From Acidobacteriota bacterium (GTDB taxonomy: Bacteria; Acidobacteriota; UBA6911; RPQK01; JAJDTT01): 64,000 nt of DNA. The stretch's first letter is position 1. Every line of letters begins with the position of its first letter. The notes under the pieces were generated by a model. The model had not been told where the DNA came from and made no database searches. It saw nothing but the letters and a program-made list of their open reading frames with translations. The stretch lies in NCBI GenBank assembly GCA_965263035.1, contig OZ253580.1:4384001-4448000 (forward strand), written 5' to 3'. Below, piece after piece: positions 1-10,147 of this stretch. The translations under genes and the position numbers were made by a program.

Positions 1-1139
1 AAGCCAAGAGGAGCTACGGGACCCTCAGCTTCGAGGAGATTCTGTCCAAGTCGAGCAACGTCGGCACCATCAAGATGGGACTCCGATTGGGTGAGGAACA
101 ACTGTATTCCTACATCCGGCGATTCGGTTTCGGAAACAAGACGGGGATCGAATTGCCGGGAGAGCAGGTTGGCCTGCTGGTTCCACCGGAACGCTGGTCC
201 CGAATCTCCATCGGAGCCCTTTCCATCGGTCAGGAGCTCGGGGTCACACCGATCCAGATGGTCCGTGCCTTCGCGGTCTTCGGCAACGGAGGCTATCTGG
301 TGAAGCCCCGCCTGGTCCGGCACACCCTCTCCGAGGACGGGAGGATATTGGAGGAGAGCCGCGTCGAACGCGAGAGGATCCTGTCTGCCGAGACCGTTCG
401 GACCATCAGGAATGCCATGGGCATGGTCGTGGAACGAGGAACGGGACGCAGGGCCCAGCCGGCCGGATACTCGGCCGGCGGAAAGACCGGCACCGCTCAG
501 AAGTTCGTGAACGGCAGCTATTCGCGCACCCGTTTCGTGGCCTCGTTTGGCGGAATCGCGCCCCTCTCAAATCCCGTACTGGCCGCGCTGGTCGTCATCG
601 ACGAGCCTCGAGTCCACCACTACGGTGGAATCGTGGCCGCTCCCGCCTTCCGCCGCATCATGGAACGGGCTCTGGTCAGTCTCCATGTCCCTCAGGATCG
701 ACCGTTGCCGCAGCCGGACAGGCTGCTGGCCCGCCAAAAGAAGAAGCGGCGGAGCCGTCCGGTGAACCTGACGGCGTCGGCAGCCGACGAGCTGTTGACG
801 CGGGATGGACTGGCAGCGGAGTTGTCGAACCTGATCGGAGACGGGAATCCGGACGCGGATGGAGGGAGGTCGGTGACGGTGGCGACCGGGACCTTCCCGC
901 TCCCGGACCTGAGCGGTCTCAGCCTCCGGGAAGCACTCCGAAAGGCCGGCAGTCTCTCTCTGAGGTTGAGAGTGACCGGCAGCGGCGCGGTCGTAGCGCA
1001 GCATCCCAAACCCGGTACTCCGGTTTTCCCCGAATCGATGTGTCAGGTCCATTTGGGCAGCACGGAAAGCTCCACCTATGAAACTCAGCAACTTGCTCTC
1101 GGCCGAAGCAGTCAGGGCGTTCGTGAGAGCCGTCGCTGA
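1..1139 (+). CDS. ftsI: Penicillin-binding protein 3 / cell division transpeptidase with C-terminal PASTA domain (5' truncated by window edge)
   Basis: Frame open from position 3 (..ILSKSSNVG.., SxN motif); KTGTAQK (KTG motif); IGQE; PASTA-like LPDLSGLSLREA..GSGAVVAQHPKPG; immediately upstream of murE. Confidence 0.93.
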   Translation, partial: AKRSYGTLSFEEILSKSSNVGTIKMGLRLGEEQLYSYIRRFGFGNKTGIELPGEQVGLLVPPERWSRISIGALSIGQELGVTPIQMVRAFAVFGNGGYLVKPRLVRHTLSEDGRILEESRVERERILSAETVRTIRNAMGMVVERGTGRRAQPAGYSAGGKTGTAQKFVNGSYSRTRFVASFGGIAPLSNPVLAALVVIDEPRVHHYGGIVAAPAFRRIMERALVSLHVPQDRPLPQPDRLLARQKKKRRSRPVNLTASAADELLTRDGLAAELSNLIGDGNPDADGGRSVTVATGTFPLPDLSGLSLREALRKAGSLSLRLRVTGSGAVVAQHPKPGTPVFPESMCQVHLGSTESSTYETQQLALGRSSQGVRESRR

Positions 1140-2541
1140 GGCGGGCGACCCGAAGATCGAGTCCCTGGCTTACGACTCCCGGCGAACGGGAGCCGGAAGC
1201 CTTTTTTTCGCCATCCAAGGGTACCGGAGCGACGGACATCTCTACCTGGATCAGGCTCTGAAGCGGGGTGCGGTTGCCGTGGCCTCGGAACGGCCGGCTC
1301 CGGACGATCACGGTTCCGTTTGGATCCAGGTGTCTTGTATCCGGCGCTTCATGGCCAGCGTCGCCGATCATTTCTTCGGACAACCGTCCAGCAAATTGAG
1401 GCTGGTGGGAATCACCGGGACCAACGGCAAGACCACGACCGCTATTCTGGTCCACTCCATCATGAGCCAAGGAGAACCCTCTCTCGTGATGGGGACCCTG
1501 GGAGCGCGTCTCGACGGCAGGAGTTGGACCTCGGAGCGGACCACGCCGGAATCCGTCGACATCCAGGCGATTCTCAACCAGGCGGTCGAAGCCGGCTGCG
1601 GCCGGGGCGTAATGGAGGTCTCCTCCCATTCCCTCGCCCTGAACCGGGTCTACGGCTGCCGATTCCCGGTGGCCGTCTTCACCAATCTGACCCGGGATCA
1701 TCTGGACTTTCATCACACTCCTGAGAACTACTTCCGGAGCAAGCGCCTCTTGTTCCAGTCCGATTACAACCCTGGTCTGGCCTGGTCGGTTCTCAATCAC
1801 GACGACCCGGCGAGTCGCCGGCTCCGTCCGGAAGGTGAGGCCTTGACCTTCGGAATGACGCCGGAGGCTCAGATCCGCCCTCTGACGCGGAAGACCACGG
1901 TCGCCGGGACGCGGCTGGAACTCGATTGCCGGGGTCGCCGCCTTTCCTTGAGCAGTTCCCTGGTCGGAGATCACAATCTGTACAACATCATGGCGGCGGT
2001 GGCGGCATGCCATGCACTGGGGATCCCGGACCGGCAGATCCGCAGCGGCATTTCGAGCCTCGACCGGGTCCCCGGCCGTTTCGAGAAGGTAGACGTGGGC
2101 GGGGACTACACGGTGGTCGTGGACTACGCACATACGCCGGACGCACTGGAGAACGTGTTGCGTCTGGCCCGGGGCTTGACCTCCAACCGAGTGCTCTGCG
2201 TCTTCGGCTGCGGTGGAGACCGGGATTTGTCCAAGCGTCCGCGGATGGGTGAAATCGCCACCCGCCAGTCGGACTGGACCGTTCTGACCACGGACAATCC
2301 GCGCAACGAGGATCCGGAGGTCATCCTCCAGCAGATACGGGCGGGTATTCCTCCCGAACGGGACAACTTCGAAACCATCACCGATCGGAGGGAGGCGATC
2401 GGCCGCGTGGTGAAGCTGGCCAGGACGGGAGATCTGGTGCTGGTGGCGGGCAAGGGGCAGGAAACCTATCAGGAGATCGAGGGGATTCGGATCCCCTTCG
2501 ATGATCGGGAAGTGGTCAGGAATTCGGTGTGTTTGGACTAG
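1078..2541 (+). CDS. murE: UDP-N-acetylmuramoyl-L-alanyl-D-glutamate--2,6-diaminopimelate ligase
   Basis: GITGTNGKTTT P-loop, TTPES, MEVSSH, FTNLTRDHLDFH, DYAHTPDAL, FGCGGDRD; DNPR motif indicates meso-DAP specificity. Confidence 0.97.
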   Translation: MKLSNLLSAEAVRAFVRAVAEAGDPKIESLAYDSRRTGAGSLFFAIQGYRSDGHLYLDQALKRGAVAVASERPAPDDHGSVWIQVSCIRRFMASVADHFFGQPSSKLRLVGITGTNGKTTTAILVHSIMSQGEPSLVMGTLGARLDGRSWTSERTTPESVDIQAILNQAVEAGCGRGVMEVSSHSLALNRVYGCRFPVAVFTNLTRDHLDFHHTPENYFRSKRLLFQSDYNPGLAWSVLNHDDPASRRLRPEGEALTFGMTPEAQIRPLTRKTTVAGTRLELDCRGRRLSLSSSLVGDHNLYNIMAAVAACHALGIPDRQIRSGISSLDRVPGRFEKVDVGGDYTVVVDYAHTPDALENVLRLARGLTSNRVLCVFGCGGDRDLSKRPRMGEIATRQSDWTVLTTDNPRNEDPEVILQQIRAGIPPERDNFETITDRREAIGRVVKLARTGDLVLVAGKGQETYQEIEGIRIPFDDREVVRNSVCLD

Positions 2542-3953
2542 ATTTCCAGAGAGCGGCCGAGGTCATGGGGGCACGAACCTGGGGCCGGGAACCCGGTCGA
2601 CAGGCGAATCGGCTCTTGCCCCGGGTCGTCATCGACAGCCGGCTGGTGCAGCCGGGCGATTGTTTCTTTGCCATCAAGGGAGATCGCCTGGACGGGCACG
2701 ATTTCCTGGAGGCCGCGATGGAGCGGGGGGCCTCGGTGGCGGTCTGTTCCCGAACCCCGAACCTGGATGCCGGCGACTATGGAGACCGGATCTTCCTCCG
2801 CGTCGCCGACACGACCCTGGCGCTTCAGGAACTGGCTGCCGAACTCCGCCGGCAGTGGGGCCGGAATCTCGTCGGCGTAACCGGGAGCATGGGCAAGACG
2901 ACGACCCGTACCTTCACCGCCCGGCTGCTCGAATCCGGCTACCAGGTTCTTCAGTCCCCCGCCAACTTCAACAACGCCTTTGGAGTGCCGCTTTCCCTTC
3001 TGCGGCTGGAGGAGCGGCATGATCTGGCGGTGCTGGAACTGGGCATGAACCACGCCGGCGAGATCCGGCGGCTGGCTCGAATCTGCCGGCCCGATCTCGC
3101 CATCATCACCAACGTGGCGCCGGTGCACCTGGAGTTCTTCTCCAGTGTCGACGAAATTGCGCGAGCCAAGGGAGAGATTCTCGAGGACATGCCGCCGGCG
3201 GGGATCTTCGTTTACAACGCCGACGATCACCGGGTGGCGGCTCTCGCTTCCACCTTCCGCGGGCGCAAGGTCTCCTTCTCTCTGGAGCGGGAAGCGGACG
3301 TCCAGGTCACGGAGGTTCGAGCAGTGGACTCGAACAGCACCCGGTTCATGCTTCGGACCGAAGGGGGCGAATCGACCTGTCAAGTCGCCTTCGTGGGACG
3401 CCACCATCTCTACAACCTGGCGGCGGCCGTGGCTGCGGCTGGGACTCTGGGCTTGAGCCGGGAGCAGATCGAAGGGGCGATTCCCGGCCTGTCCACATTG
3501 CCCATGCGAGGGAAGATCCGGGGACTCGAGATGTCCGATTCCCGGCGGATCAGAATCTTGGACGACTCCTACAACTCGAACCCACAAGCGGTACGGATGG
3601 TGTTGGAGGCCGTGGGACAGTCAGCCGGCGGAGGGCGCCGGATCCTCGCTCTGGGAGAAATGCTGGAGTTGGGTCCCAAGAGCGCGGTTTGGCATCGCCG
3701 AGTCGGAAGAATGGCGGCCCGGATCGAGCCTCATCTTCTGGCGGCAGTGGGTGCCGGGGCCCGGCCGGTTCTGGAGGGGGCTCGCGAAGCGGGTCTGGCA
3801 GACGTCAAGACCCTCTACTTCGGGACCTCGGAAGAGGCGGCGGAGTACTTGTCCGGCTTCATCTGCAGCGGAGACTTCCTCTTGATCAAGGGATCTCGCG
3901 GAGTCGGAATGGATCGGATCGCTGCACTTCTGGAAAAGGGGAAGGGGACTTGA
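2529..3953 (+). CDS. murF: UDP-N-acetylmuramoyl-tripeptide--D-alanyl-D-alanine ligase
   Basis: GVTGSMGKTTT, NFNNAFGVPLSL, ELGMNHAGEI, DDSYNSNP, LGEMLELG, KGSRG. Confidence 0.96.
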   Translation: MFGLDFQRAAEVMGARTWGREPGRQANRLLPRVVIDSRLVQPGDCFFAIKGDRLDGHDFLEAAMERGASVAVCSRTPNLDAGDYGDRIFLRVADTTLALQELAAELRRQWGRNLVGVTGSMGKTTTRTFTARLLESGYQVLQSPANFNNAFGVPLSLLRLEERHDLAVLELGMNHAGEIRRLARICRPDLAIITNVAPVHLEFFSSVDEIARAKGEILEDMPPAGIFVYNADDHRVAALASTFRGRKVSFSLEREADVQVTEVRAVDSNSTRFMLRTEGGESTCQVAFVGRHHLYNLAAAVAAAGTLGLSREQIEGAIPGLSTLPMRGKIRGLEMSDSRRIRILDDSYNSNPQAVRMVLEAVGQSAGGGRRILALGEMLELGPKSAVWHRRVGRMAARIEPHLLAAVGAGARPVLEGAREAGLADVKTLYFGTSEEAAEYLSGFICSGDFLLIKGSRGVGMDRIAALLEKGKGT

Positions 3954-5062
3954 TCTATCATCTGCTCTACGCCTTTCACGACCAGTTCTCGGTCCTGAAC
4001 GTACTCCGCTATATAACGTTTCGGACTGCCTACGCCACCCTGACTGCGCTGGCCTTGAGTCTGATCCTGGGTCCCTGGCTCATCGCCAAGCTCCGGGACT
4101 ATCAGATCGGCCAGTTCATCCGGGAAGACGGACCCAGCCGTCACCTTCAGAAGGCCGGCACCCCCACCATGGGAGGGGTGCTCATCGTGGTCAGCATCGC
4201 ACTCCCCACCCTGCTGTGGGCCGATCTGGGAAACCTCTACGTCTGGATCGCGGTCGCAGCGCTGATCCTGTTCGGCGGCGTGGGGTTCGCCGACGACTAC
4301 CTCAAGGTTTCCAGGAAGAACTCCTCCGGACTGCGGCCGCGGCGCAAAATCTTGTTCCAGGTACTGATCGCCCTGGGCATCGGACTCACTCTGGTGGCGC
4401 TGCACCAGCAAGGCCTCTACAGCATTCAGCTGAGCGTCCCATTCTTCAAGCGATTCACGCCGGAACTGGACTGGGTGGTGATAGGTGTTTCCACCTTCAT
4501 CCCCCTGATTGCGTTCACGGCGCTGGTCATCGTCGGAAGCAGCAATGCCGTGAACCTGACCGATGGTCTGGATGGGCTGGCCAGCGGCCTGATGGTGATT
4601 GCGGCTTCGGCCTTGACGGTACTGGCCTACGTGACCAGCCACGCCACCTTTGCCACCTACCTGGGACTGATCAAGAACACTTATGCCAGCGAGCTGAGCA
4701 TCTTCTGCGGCGCCATGGTGGGGGCGAGCCTGGGGTTTCTCTGGTACAACACGCACCCCGCGGAGATCTTCATGGGAGACGTGGGGTCCATGTCCCTGGG
4801 TGGCGCCATCGCCACCGTCGCGGTGCTCATCAAGCAGGAACTCCTGCTGTTATCCATCGGAGGCATCTTCGTCCTGGAGGCCCTTTCGGTCATCTTCCAG
4901 GTCTTGTACTTCAAGGCCACCGGGAAACGCATTCTGCGAATGGCCCCCCTGCATCACCATTTCGAGCTTCTGGGCTGGGACGAGCCCAAGGTGGTGGTGC
5001 GTTTCTGGATTCTGGGCCTGCTGTTCGCACTTTTCAGCCTGACCACGCTGAAGCTCAGGTAG
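3950..5062 (+). CDS. mraY: Phospho-N-acetylmuramoyl-pentapeptide transferase
   Basis: TTG start overlapping murF stop (TTGA); KAGTPTMGG, DDYLK, NAVNLTDGLDGLA, IFMGDVGS, MAPLHHHFE. Confidence 0.97.
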   Translation: MIYHLLYAFHDQFSVLNVLRYITFRTAYATLTALALSLILGPWLIAKLRDYQIGQFIREDGPSRHLQKAGTPTMGGVLIVVSIALPTLLWADLGNLYVWIAVAALILFGGVGFADDYLKVSRKNSSGLRPRRKILFQVLIALGIGLTLVALHQQGLYSIQLSVPFFKRFTPELDWVVIGVSTFIPLIAFTALVIVGSSNAVNLTDGLDGLASGLMVIAASALTVLAYVTSHATFATYLGLIKNTYASELSIFCGAMVGASLGFLWYNTHPAEIFMGDVGSMSLGGAIATVAVLIKQELLLLSIGGIFVLEALSVIFQVLYFKATGKRILRMAPLHHHFELLGWDEPKVVVRFWILGLLFALFSLTTLKLR

Positions 5063-5083
5063 CGGCGTGGGGAGGGTTCGGCA

Positions 5084-6442
5084 ATGAAATTGTCCGGTCG
5101 AGACATCCTGGTCGTCGGACTGGCACGAACCGGTCTTTCGGCAGCCAACTTCCTGATCGGGAAGGGGGCTCGTGTCAGCGTCACCGATCTGCGCACCAAG
5201 GATGAATTGAATGACCAGATCGCCAGGCTCCGGGGCAAGGTTCGGCTGGTGTTGGGACGCCACCGGGATGCGGACTTCACCGGAGCCGACATGATTCTGC
5301 TGAGCCCCGGGGTGCCGTCCCGGATCCCTCCGTTGCTGCGGGCCCGGGAGCGGGGAATACCGGTGTTGAGCGAGATCGAGCTGGCTTGCCGATTCCTGAA
5401 GGGCACGCTGATCGGGGTCACGGGGACCAACGGCAAGACCACGACGACCACGCTGATCGGTGGGATGCTGGCCGCGAGCCGGCGGCCGCATGTGGTGGCG
5501 GGCAATATCGGAGTTCCCCTCCTGGAGAAGGTGGAGGATGCCACTGAGGAAACGGTCTGGGTCGTGGAGCTCTCTTCCTTTCAACTGGAGATGACCCGGA
5601 CGCTGCACTGCCGGGTGGCTGTCGTCCTCAACGTCACGCCCGATCATCTGGATCGTCACCCGAGCTTCGAAGACTACTGGCAGGCCAAGCGCCGAATTCT
5701 ACTCAACCAGCAAGAGTCGGATTTCGCTGTGTTCAACCGGGACGAACCCAATTCCAGGCGCATGGCCGACGGTGCCGAGGCCCGTCCCCTCTTCTTCAGC
5801 CGATTGGACCGCTGCGCGGGCGTTTTTTCCCGGGACGGAAAGATCTGGATCCAAGTGGACGACGAGTCGCACCTAGTGATGGACAGGAACCAGATCAGAC
5901 TCAAAGGGGAGCACAATCTGGAAAACGTTTTGGCTGCTGCGGCCGCCGGCTATCTGGTGGGTGCCGAACCCGAAGCAATCGCTCGTGTCTGCCGCAGCTT
6001 CGCCGGCGTGGAGCACCGGCTGGAATGGATTCGGGACCTGGAGGGGGTTTCCTTCTACAACGACTCCAAGGCCACGAACGTGGAATCTGCCTCCAAGGCC
6101 ATGGAAGCCCTGGAACAGCCCCTGGTGGCCATCATGGGGGGGACCAACAAGGGGTCCGACTTCCGGGTGCTGAGACCGCTGGTCAAGAGAAAGGTCCGCC
6201 ATCTGGTCCTCTTGGGAGAGGCCAAGGAAAGTCTCATGGAGGGGCTGCGCGGGACGGTGCCGGTGAGCGAGGTCGGAGGGCTGGAGGAAGCGGTCCGCCG
6301 GGCATTCGTCGAGGCGTTGCCCGGAGACGCGGTGCTGTTGGCTCCGGCCTGCGCCAGTTTCGACATGTTCCGGAACTATGAGGAACGGGGTCGAGCCTTC
6401 AAAGATTTGGTTTCGCAACTGACTGGGAGTGAGAGACAGTGA
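5084..6442 (+). CDS. murD: UDP-N-acetylmuramoyl-L-alanine--D-glutamate ligase
   Basis: GLARTG, SPGV, GVTGTNGKTTTT, ELSSFQLE, DHLDRH, NDSKATN, LAPACASFDMF. Confidence 0.97.
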   Translation: MKLSGRDILVVGLARTGLSAANFLIGKGARVSVTDLRTKDELNDQIARLRGKVRLVLGRHRDADFTGADMILLSPGVPSRIPPLLRARERGIPVLSEIELACRFLKGTLIGVTGTNGKTTTTTLIGGMLAASRRPHVVAGNIGVPLLEKVEDATEETVWVVELSSFQLEMTRTLHCRVAVVLNVTPDHLDRHPSFEDYWQAKRRILLNQQESDFAVFNRDEPNSRRMADGAEARPLFFSRLDRCAGVFSRDGKIWIQVDDESHLVMDRNQIRLKGEHNLENVLAAAAAGYLVGAEPEAIARVCRSFAGVEHRLEWIRDLEGVSFYNDSKATNVESASKAMEALEQPLVAIMGGTNKGSDFRVLRPLVKRKVRHLVLLGEAKESLMEGLRGTVPVSEVGGLEEAVRRAFVEALPGDAVLLAPACASFDMFRNYEERGRAFKDLVSQLTGSERQ

Positions 6443-7569
6443 CCCGACGAGCGCCGTACGACCATGTGATTCTGTTGGTCCTCTTGGTTCTGGTGGGCTT
6501 TGGCCTGGTGATGGCGTTCAGCGCATCGGGAATGGTGTCGCTGGACCGGTACGGAGTCTCCACTCGCATTTTCCAACGGCAGCTGGTGAGCGTCGGCATC
6601 GGCCTGTTGGTCTTCTGGATCGCGGCACATTGGGACTATCGACGCTATGCAACCCCCGCGTTCATCTATCCGGCACTGGCCGTGACCCTGATTCTCCTGG
6701 TTCTTCCCCTGGTGCTGCCCACCGGTCAGGGGGTCCGTCGTTGGATTCCGGTGGGCCCGACGCGCTTTCAGCCCTCGGAATTGGCCAAGCTTGGCGTAGT
6801 CCTGTTCACGGCGTACTACCTGCAGAGATACCGGGCAAGTCTCCAATCGCTGGCCGTATTGGCGCCCCTCTTGGGGGTGGTCGGGCTGGTGTTGGCCCTG
6901 ATCGTGGTCGAGCCCGATCTGGGGACGGCCTGCGCCATCGCGCTGACGGTGGGCTCGCTACTCTTCCTGGCTGGCGTTCGCCTGATCTATCTGATCGGTC
7001 TCGCCGGCTTGAGTATTCCTATCGTCCTCGCCCTCATTTTCAGCGCTTCCTACCGAATGGATCGGATTCTGGCTTTCCTGAATCCGGAAGTGGATCCCTC
7101 CGGCATCGGCTACCAGATTCGCCAGAGCCTGATCGCCGTGGGTTCGGGAGGATGGACCGGATTGGGTCTGACCCAAAGCAAGCAGAAGCTCCATTTCCTG
7201 CCCGAGTCCCACACCGACTTCGTCTTCGCGGTCGTGGGAGAAGAGCTTGGACTGTTGGGTTCACTCGTCATGGTCGCGCTCTTCGTCGTGCTTTTCTGGA
7301 GAGGAGTGCGGATTGCCTACCGGGCCGACACTGGATTCGGCGCGCTGCTGGCCATGGGTATCGTGTGCATGGTGGTTCTACAAGGCATCTTCAATATGTG
7401 CGTGGTGGTCAGCCTGCTGCCGACCAAGGGAATTCCATTGCCGTTCGTCTCGGTCGGCGGATCCTCCATGCTGGCCATGATGGCCGGCATTGGCATTCTT
7501 CTGAACATCTCCCGGCGGTGCCGAACCGACCGGGAGGCAACCGTCTCCCGGAGCCAGGGATTCCAGTGA
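6439..7569 (+). CDS. ftsW: Peptidoglycan glycosyltransferase FtsW (SEDS family)
   Basis: RRWI..FQPSELAK, EPDLGT, GYQIRQSLIAVGSGG, LPESHTDFVF, PTKGIPLPFVSVGGSS; multiple TM helices. Confidence 0.96.
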   Translation: MTRRAPYDHVILLVLLVLVGFGLVMAFSASGMVSLDRYGVSTRIFQRQLVSVGIGLLVFWIAAHWDYRRYATPAFIYPALAVTLILLVLPLVLPTGQGVRRWIPVGPTRFQPSELAKLGVVLFTAYYLQRYRASLQSLAVLAPLLGVVGLVLALIVVEPDLGTACAIALTVGSLLFLAGVRLIYLIGLAGLSIPIVLALIFSASYRMDRILAFLNPEVDPSGIGYQIRQSLIAVGSGGWTGLGLTQSKQKLHFLPESHTDFVFAVVGEELGLLGSLVMVALFVVLFWRGVRIAYRADTGFGALLAMGIVCMVVLQGIFNMCVVVSLLPTKGIPLPFVSVGGSSMLAMMAGIGILLNISRRCRTDREATVSRSQGFQ

Positions 7570-8675
7570 TTGAGGGAGGGTTGCTCTTTGCCGGAGGAGG
7601 GACCGGGGGGCACGTCTATATGGCGGTGGCGGTCATCCAACGCCTACGGGAGTTGGGATCGAGTCCGGAGATTCTCTTTGTGGGAACCCGCCGGGGACTT
7701 GAGAATCGAATTCTGCCGGATCTGGGTGTGACGGTGGAGAGGATTTCGTTGGGAGGACTCAAACGAACCGGTCTCCTGAAGGCGTTCCAAACCCTGCTTC
7801 AACTCCCGGCGGCGATGCTCCGGGCAGTGGGAATTGTCCGCCGCTTTCGGCCCGCGGCGGTTGTGGGACTGGGCGGCTATTCCTCCGGGCCCGTGGTCCT
7901 GGTGGCGTCCTGGATGCGCATACCGTGTCTCGTGATCGAGCCCAACGTCCACCCGGGTCTCGCCAACCGGCTATTGGTTCCCTGGGTGGACAGAGTGGCG
8001 GTGGCGTTCGAAGAAACGGCCGGGCGCTTGGGACAAAAGGCCCGGTTGACCGGAATCCCCGTCCGCCCTCATTTCCACCAAGAGCGGAAGCCCCCGAACC
8101 CTGGAGGACCCCTCAAGGTGCTGATCTTCGGGGGCAGTCAAGGGAGCGTCGCCATCAATCGCATGGTTTGTGAGGCGTTGGAAGAGCTTGCACCCGAACG
8201 CATCCGGCTGATTCACCAGACCGGGCCGCGTGACCTGGGTCAGGTGGAGGAGCGTTACCGGAAGTTGGGCTTTTTCGGCGCGGTTCTGGAGTACATCCAC
8301 GATATGCCGGAACGGTTGCACTGGGCCGATCTGGTGATCTGCCGGGCCGGAGCGTTGACCCTGGCCGAAGTCACGGCAGCGGGAAAGGCCTCGATCTTGA
8401 TTCCGTATCCCTATGCGGCCGATGACCACCAACGGACCAACGCTCAGGCTCTGGTCCGCCGGGGCGCCGCCCTGATTCTGGAAGAGGGAGTGGAAGCCGG
8501 ACCCGCACTGGCCCGGATGATTCGGGATTTGGACCGTGACCGGCTTCAGCTCGGCGCTCTGGCTGAAGCCAGTGGGTCTCTGGGCGATCCCCGTAGTTGC
8601 GACCGGATCATCGAGGTGCTCACGGAATTGGTGAATGAAGAGAGGAGTGGCACGGATCGAATTCGGACACCGTAG
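7566..8675 (+). CDS. murG: Undecaprenyl-PP-MurNAc-pentapeptide N-acetylglucosamine transferase
   Basis: GTG start overlapping ftsW stop; GGGTGGHV, GGYSSGP, GIPVR, GGSQGS, RAGALTLAE, DDHQRTNA. Confidence 0.96.
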   Translation: MIEGGLLFAGGGTGGHVYMAVAVIQRLRELGSSPEILFVGTRRGLENRILPDLGVTVERISLGGLKRTGLLKAFQTLLQLPAAMLRAVGIVRRFRPAAVVGLGGYSSGPVVLVASWMRIPCLVIEPNVHPGLANRLLVPWVDRVAVAFEETAGRLGQKARLTGIPVRPHFHQERKPPNPGGPLKVLIFGGSQGSVAINRMVCEALEELAPERIRLIHQTGPRDLGQVEERYRKLGFFGAVLEYIHDMPERLHWADLVICRAGALTLAEVTAAGKASILIPYPYAADDHQRTNAQALVRRGAALILEEGVEAGPALARMIRDLDRDRLQLGALAEASGSLGDPRSCDRIIEVLTELVNEERSGTDRIRTP

Positions 8676-8700
8676 GGGCACCCCTTGCGGGTGCCCTCTT
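8672..8700 (+). repeat. REP-like palindrome, family A copy 1 (GTAGGGGCACCCCTTGCGGGTGCCCTCTT); its TAG is the murG stop
   Basis: GTAG followed by GGGCACCC/GGGTGCCC stem; near-identical copies at 13578-13606 and 57430-57458. Confidence 0.8.
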
Positions 8701-8726
8701 GCGTCCCGGCAACGGCAAAGAAGATC

Positions 8727-8758
8727 AGGAGTGAGAGGAAAGAGGAAAGAGGAGTGAG
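8727..8758 (+). repeat. Purine-rich heptamer tract (GGAAAGA/GGAGTGA units) forming the murC RBS and start
   Basis: AGGAGTGAGAGGAAAGAGGAAAGAGGAGTGAG; related tracts at 18268, 34696, 34791 and 37207. Confidence 0.6.
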
Positions 8759-10127
8759 CACTCAAGGTCTTGATCAGTTCCGGAGAGTCCATTTCGTCGG
8801 CATCGGCGGGGTAGGGATGAGCGGAATCGCCCAGATTCTGGCCCAGAGGGGTTGGGAGGTCTCAGGTTCCGATCTGGTCAGCAGCGACGCCGTGTCCAGT
8901 CTCCGTTCGCTTGGAGTCCGGGTCTGTATCGGACACAGCCCGGACAACCTGGGAGATGCCGAGATCGTGGCCTTTTCCAGTGCCGTTGTCAGGGAGAACC
9001 CCGAACTCCAAGAGGCTCGGAGACGGGGAATCATGGTGGTGCACCGAGCAGATCTGCTGGCCGAGATCGTGGCCGGCGGTGAAGGGATCGCCATCTCCGG
9101 AACCCATGGAAAGACGACCACCACCTCCATGATCGGTGTGCTCCTCCTCGAAGCCGGCCTGGACCCCACAATCCTGGTGGGAGCCCGGGCCGTGGACCTG
9201 GGCGGCAACGCGCGTCTCGGAAAGGGGCCCTGGGTCGTAGCGGAGGCGGACGAAAGCGACGGCAGCTTTCTGAAGCTCCGTCCCCGGTACGCGGTGGTGA
9301 CCAATGTGGACCGGGATCATCTGGACTACTACGGCGGACTCGAGGAAATCGGCGACGCTTTCGTCGCCTTCATGAACCAGCTTCCCGCGGCTGGGCGCGC
9401 GGTCGTTTGTACAGACGATTCCAACCTCCGGCGGCTCCTGAAAAAGGTTCACCGGCCCATGATAACGTACGGCACGACACCTGCCGCCGATGTCTGGGCC
9501 GAGGCGGTGGAGTGGACGTCCGGAGGTGCTTCCTTTGGGTGTGTCTACCGGGGCGACCGGCTGGGGAGGCTCCGGCTGAACGTGCCGGGACGGCATAACG
9601 TGTTGAATTCTTTGGCCGCAGTTGCCGTGGGGCTTGAGTTGCAGGTGCCCTTTGAAGTGATTCGGCGGGCTCTGGGGACCTTTTCCGGCGCGGAACGGCG
9701 TCTGGAGTTCAAGGGCACGCGCGAGGGGGTCCGGGTGATGGACGATTACGGCCATCATCCGGTTGAGATCCGAACCACGTTGGACGCGTGCCGCCAGATG
9801 GGACGGAGATTGGTCGTGGTGTTTCAGCCGCATCGTTACACGCGAACCCTGCATTTGAGGTCGGAGTTGGCCGAGTGCTTCCAAGACGCGGATCGCCTTT
9901 ATCTGATGGATGTCTATCCGGCAGGGGAGGCGCCTGTCGCCGGTGGGCTCGGCGAGGATCTGTTCCGGGCGGTGGGCCGGCACCGCCAGGTCTGCTACCA
10001 GCCGCAACGAGACGCCCTGTTGCGGTCCGTGCGGGAAGAGGTGATGCCGGGAGACCTGCTCCTGACGCTGGGTGCAGGCAACGTCTGGAGGATCGGGGAG
10101 GATTTTCTGAAGGGCCGGGCCGATTGA
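8754..10127 (+). CDS. murC: UDP-N-acetylmuramate--L-alanine ligase
   Basis: HFVGIGGVGMSGIA, SGSD, SGTHGKTTTTSM, EADESDGSF, DDYGHHPVEI, FQPHRYTRT; GTG start after GAGGA. Confidence 0.97.
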   Translation: MSTQGLDQFRRVHFVGIGGVGMSGIAQILAQRGWEVSGSDLVSSDAVSSLRSLGVRVCIGHSPDNLGDAEIVAFSSAVVRENPELQEARRRGIMVVHRADLLAEIVAGGEGIAISGTHGKTTTTSMIGVLLLEAGLDPTILVGARAVDLGGNARLGKGPWVVAEADESDGSFLKLRPRYAVVTNVDRDHLDYYGGLEEIGDAFVAFMNQLPAAGRAVVCTDDSNLRRLLKKVHRPMITYGTTPAADVWAEAVEWTSGGASFGCVYRGDRLGRLRLNVPGRHNVLNSLAAVAVGLELQVPFEVIRRALGTFSGAERRLEFKGTREGVRVMDDYGHHPVEIRTTLDACRQMGRRLVVVFQPHRYTRTLHLRSELAECFQDADRLYLMDVYPAGEAPVAGGLGEDLFRAVGRHRQVCYQPQRDALLRSVREEVMPGDLLLTLGAGNVWRIGEDFLKGRAD

Positions 10128-10147
10128 AGGCGCCGGAAGTGTAGAAG

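Noticed and set aside
3689-3949. N-terminal extension of MraY
   Set aside because: Overlaps murF in another frame; TTG at 3950 gives a normal MraY start
6429-7565. 748-aa ORF suggesting a long N-terminal extension of MurG
   Set aside because: The extension is an alternate frame of ftsW; MurG homology starts at GTG 7566
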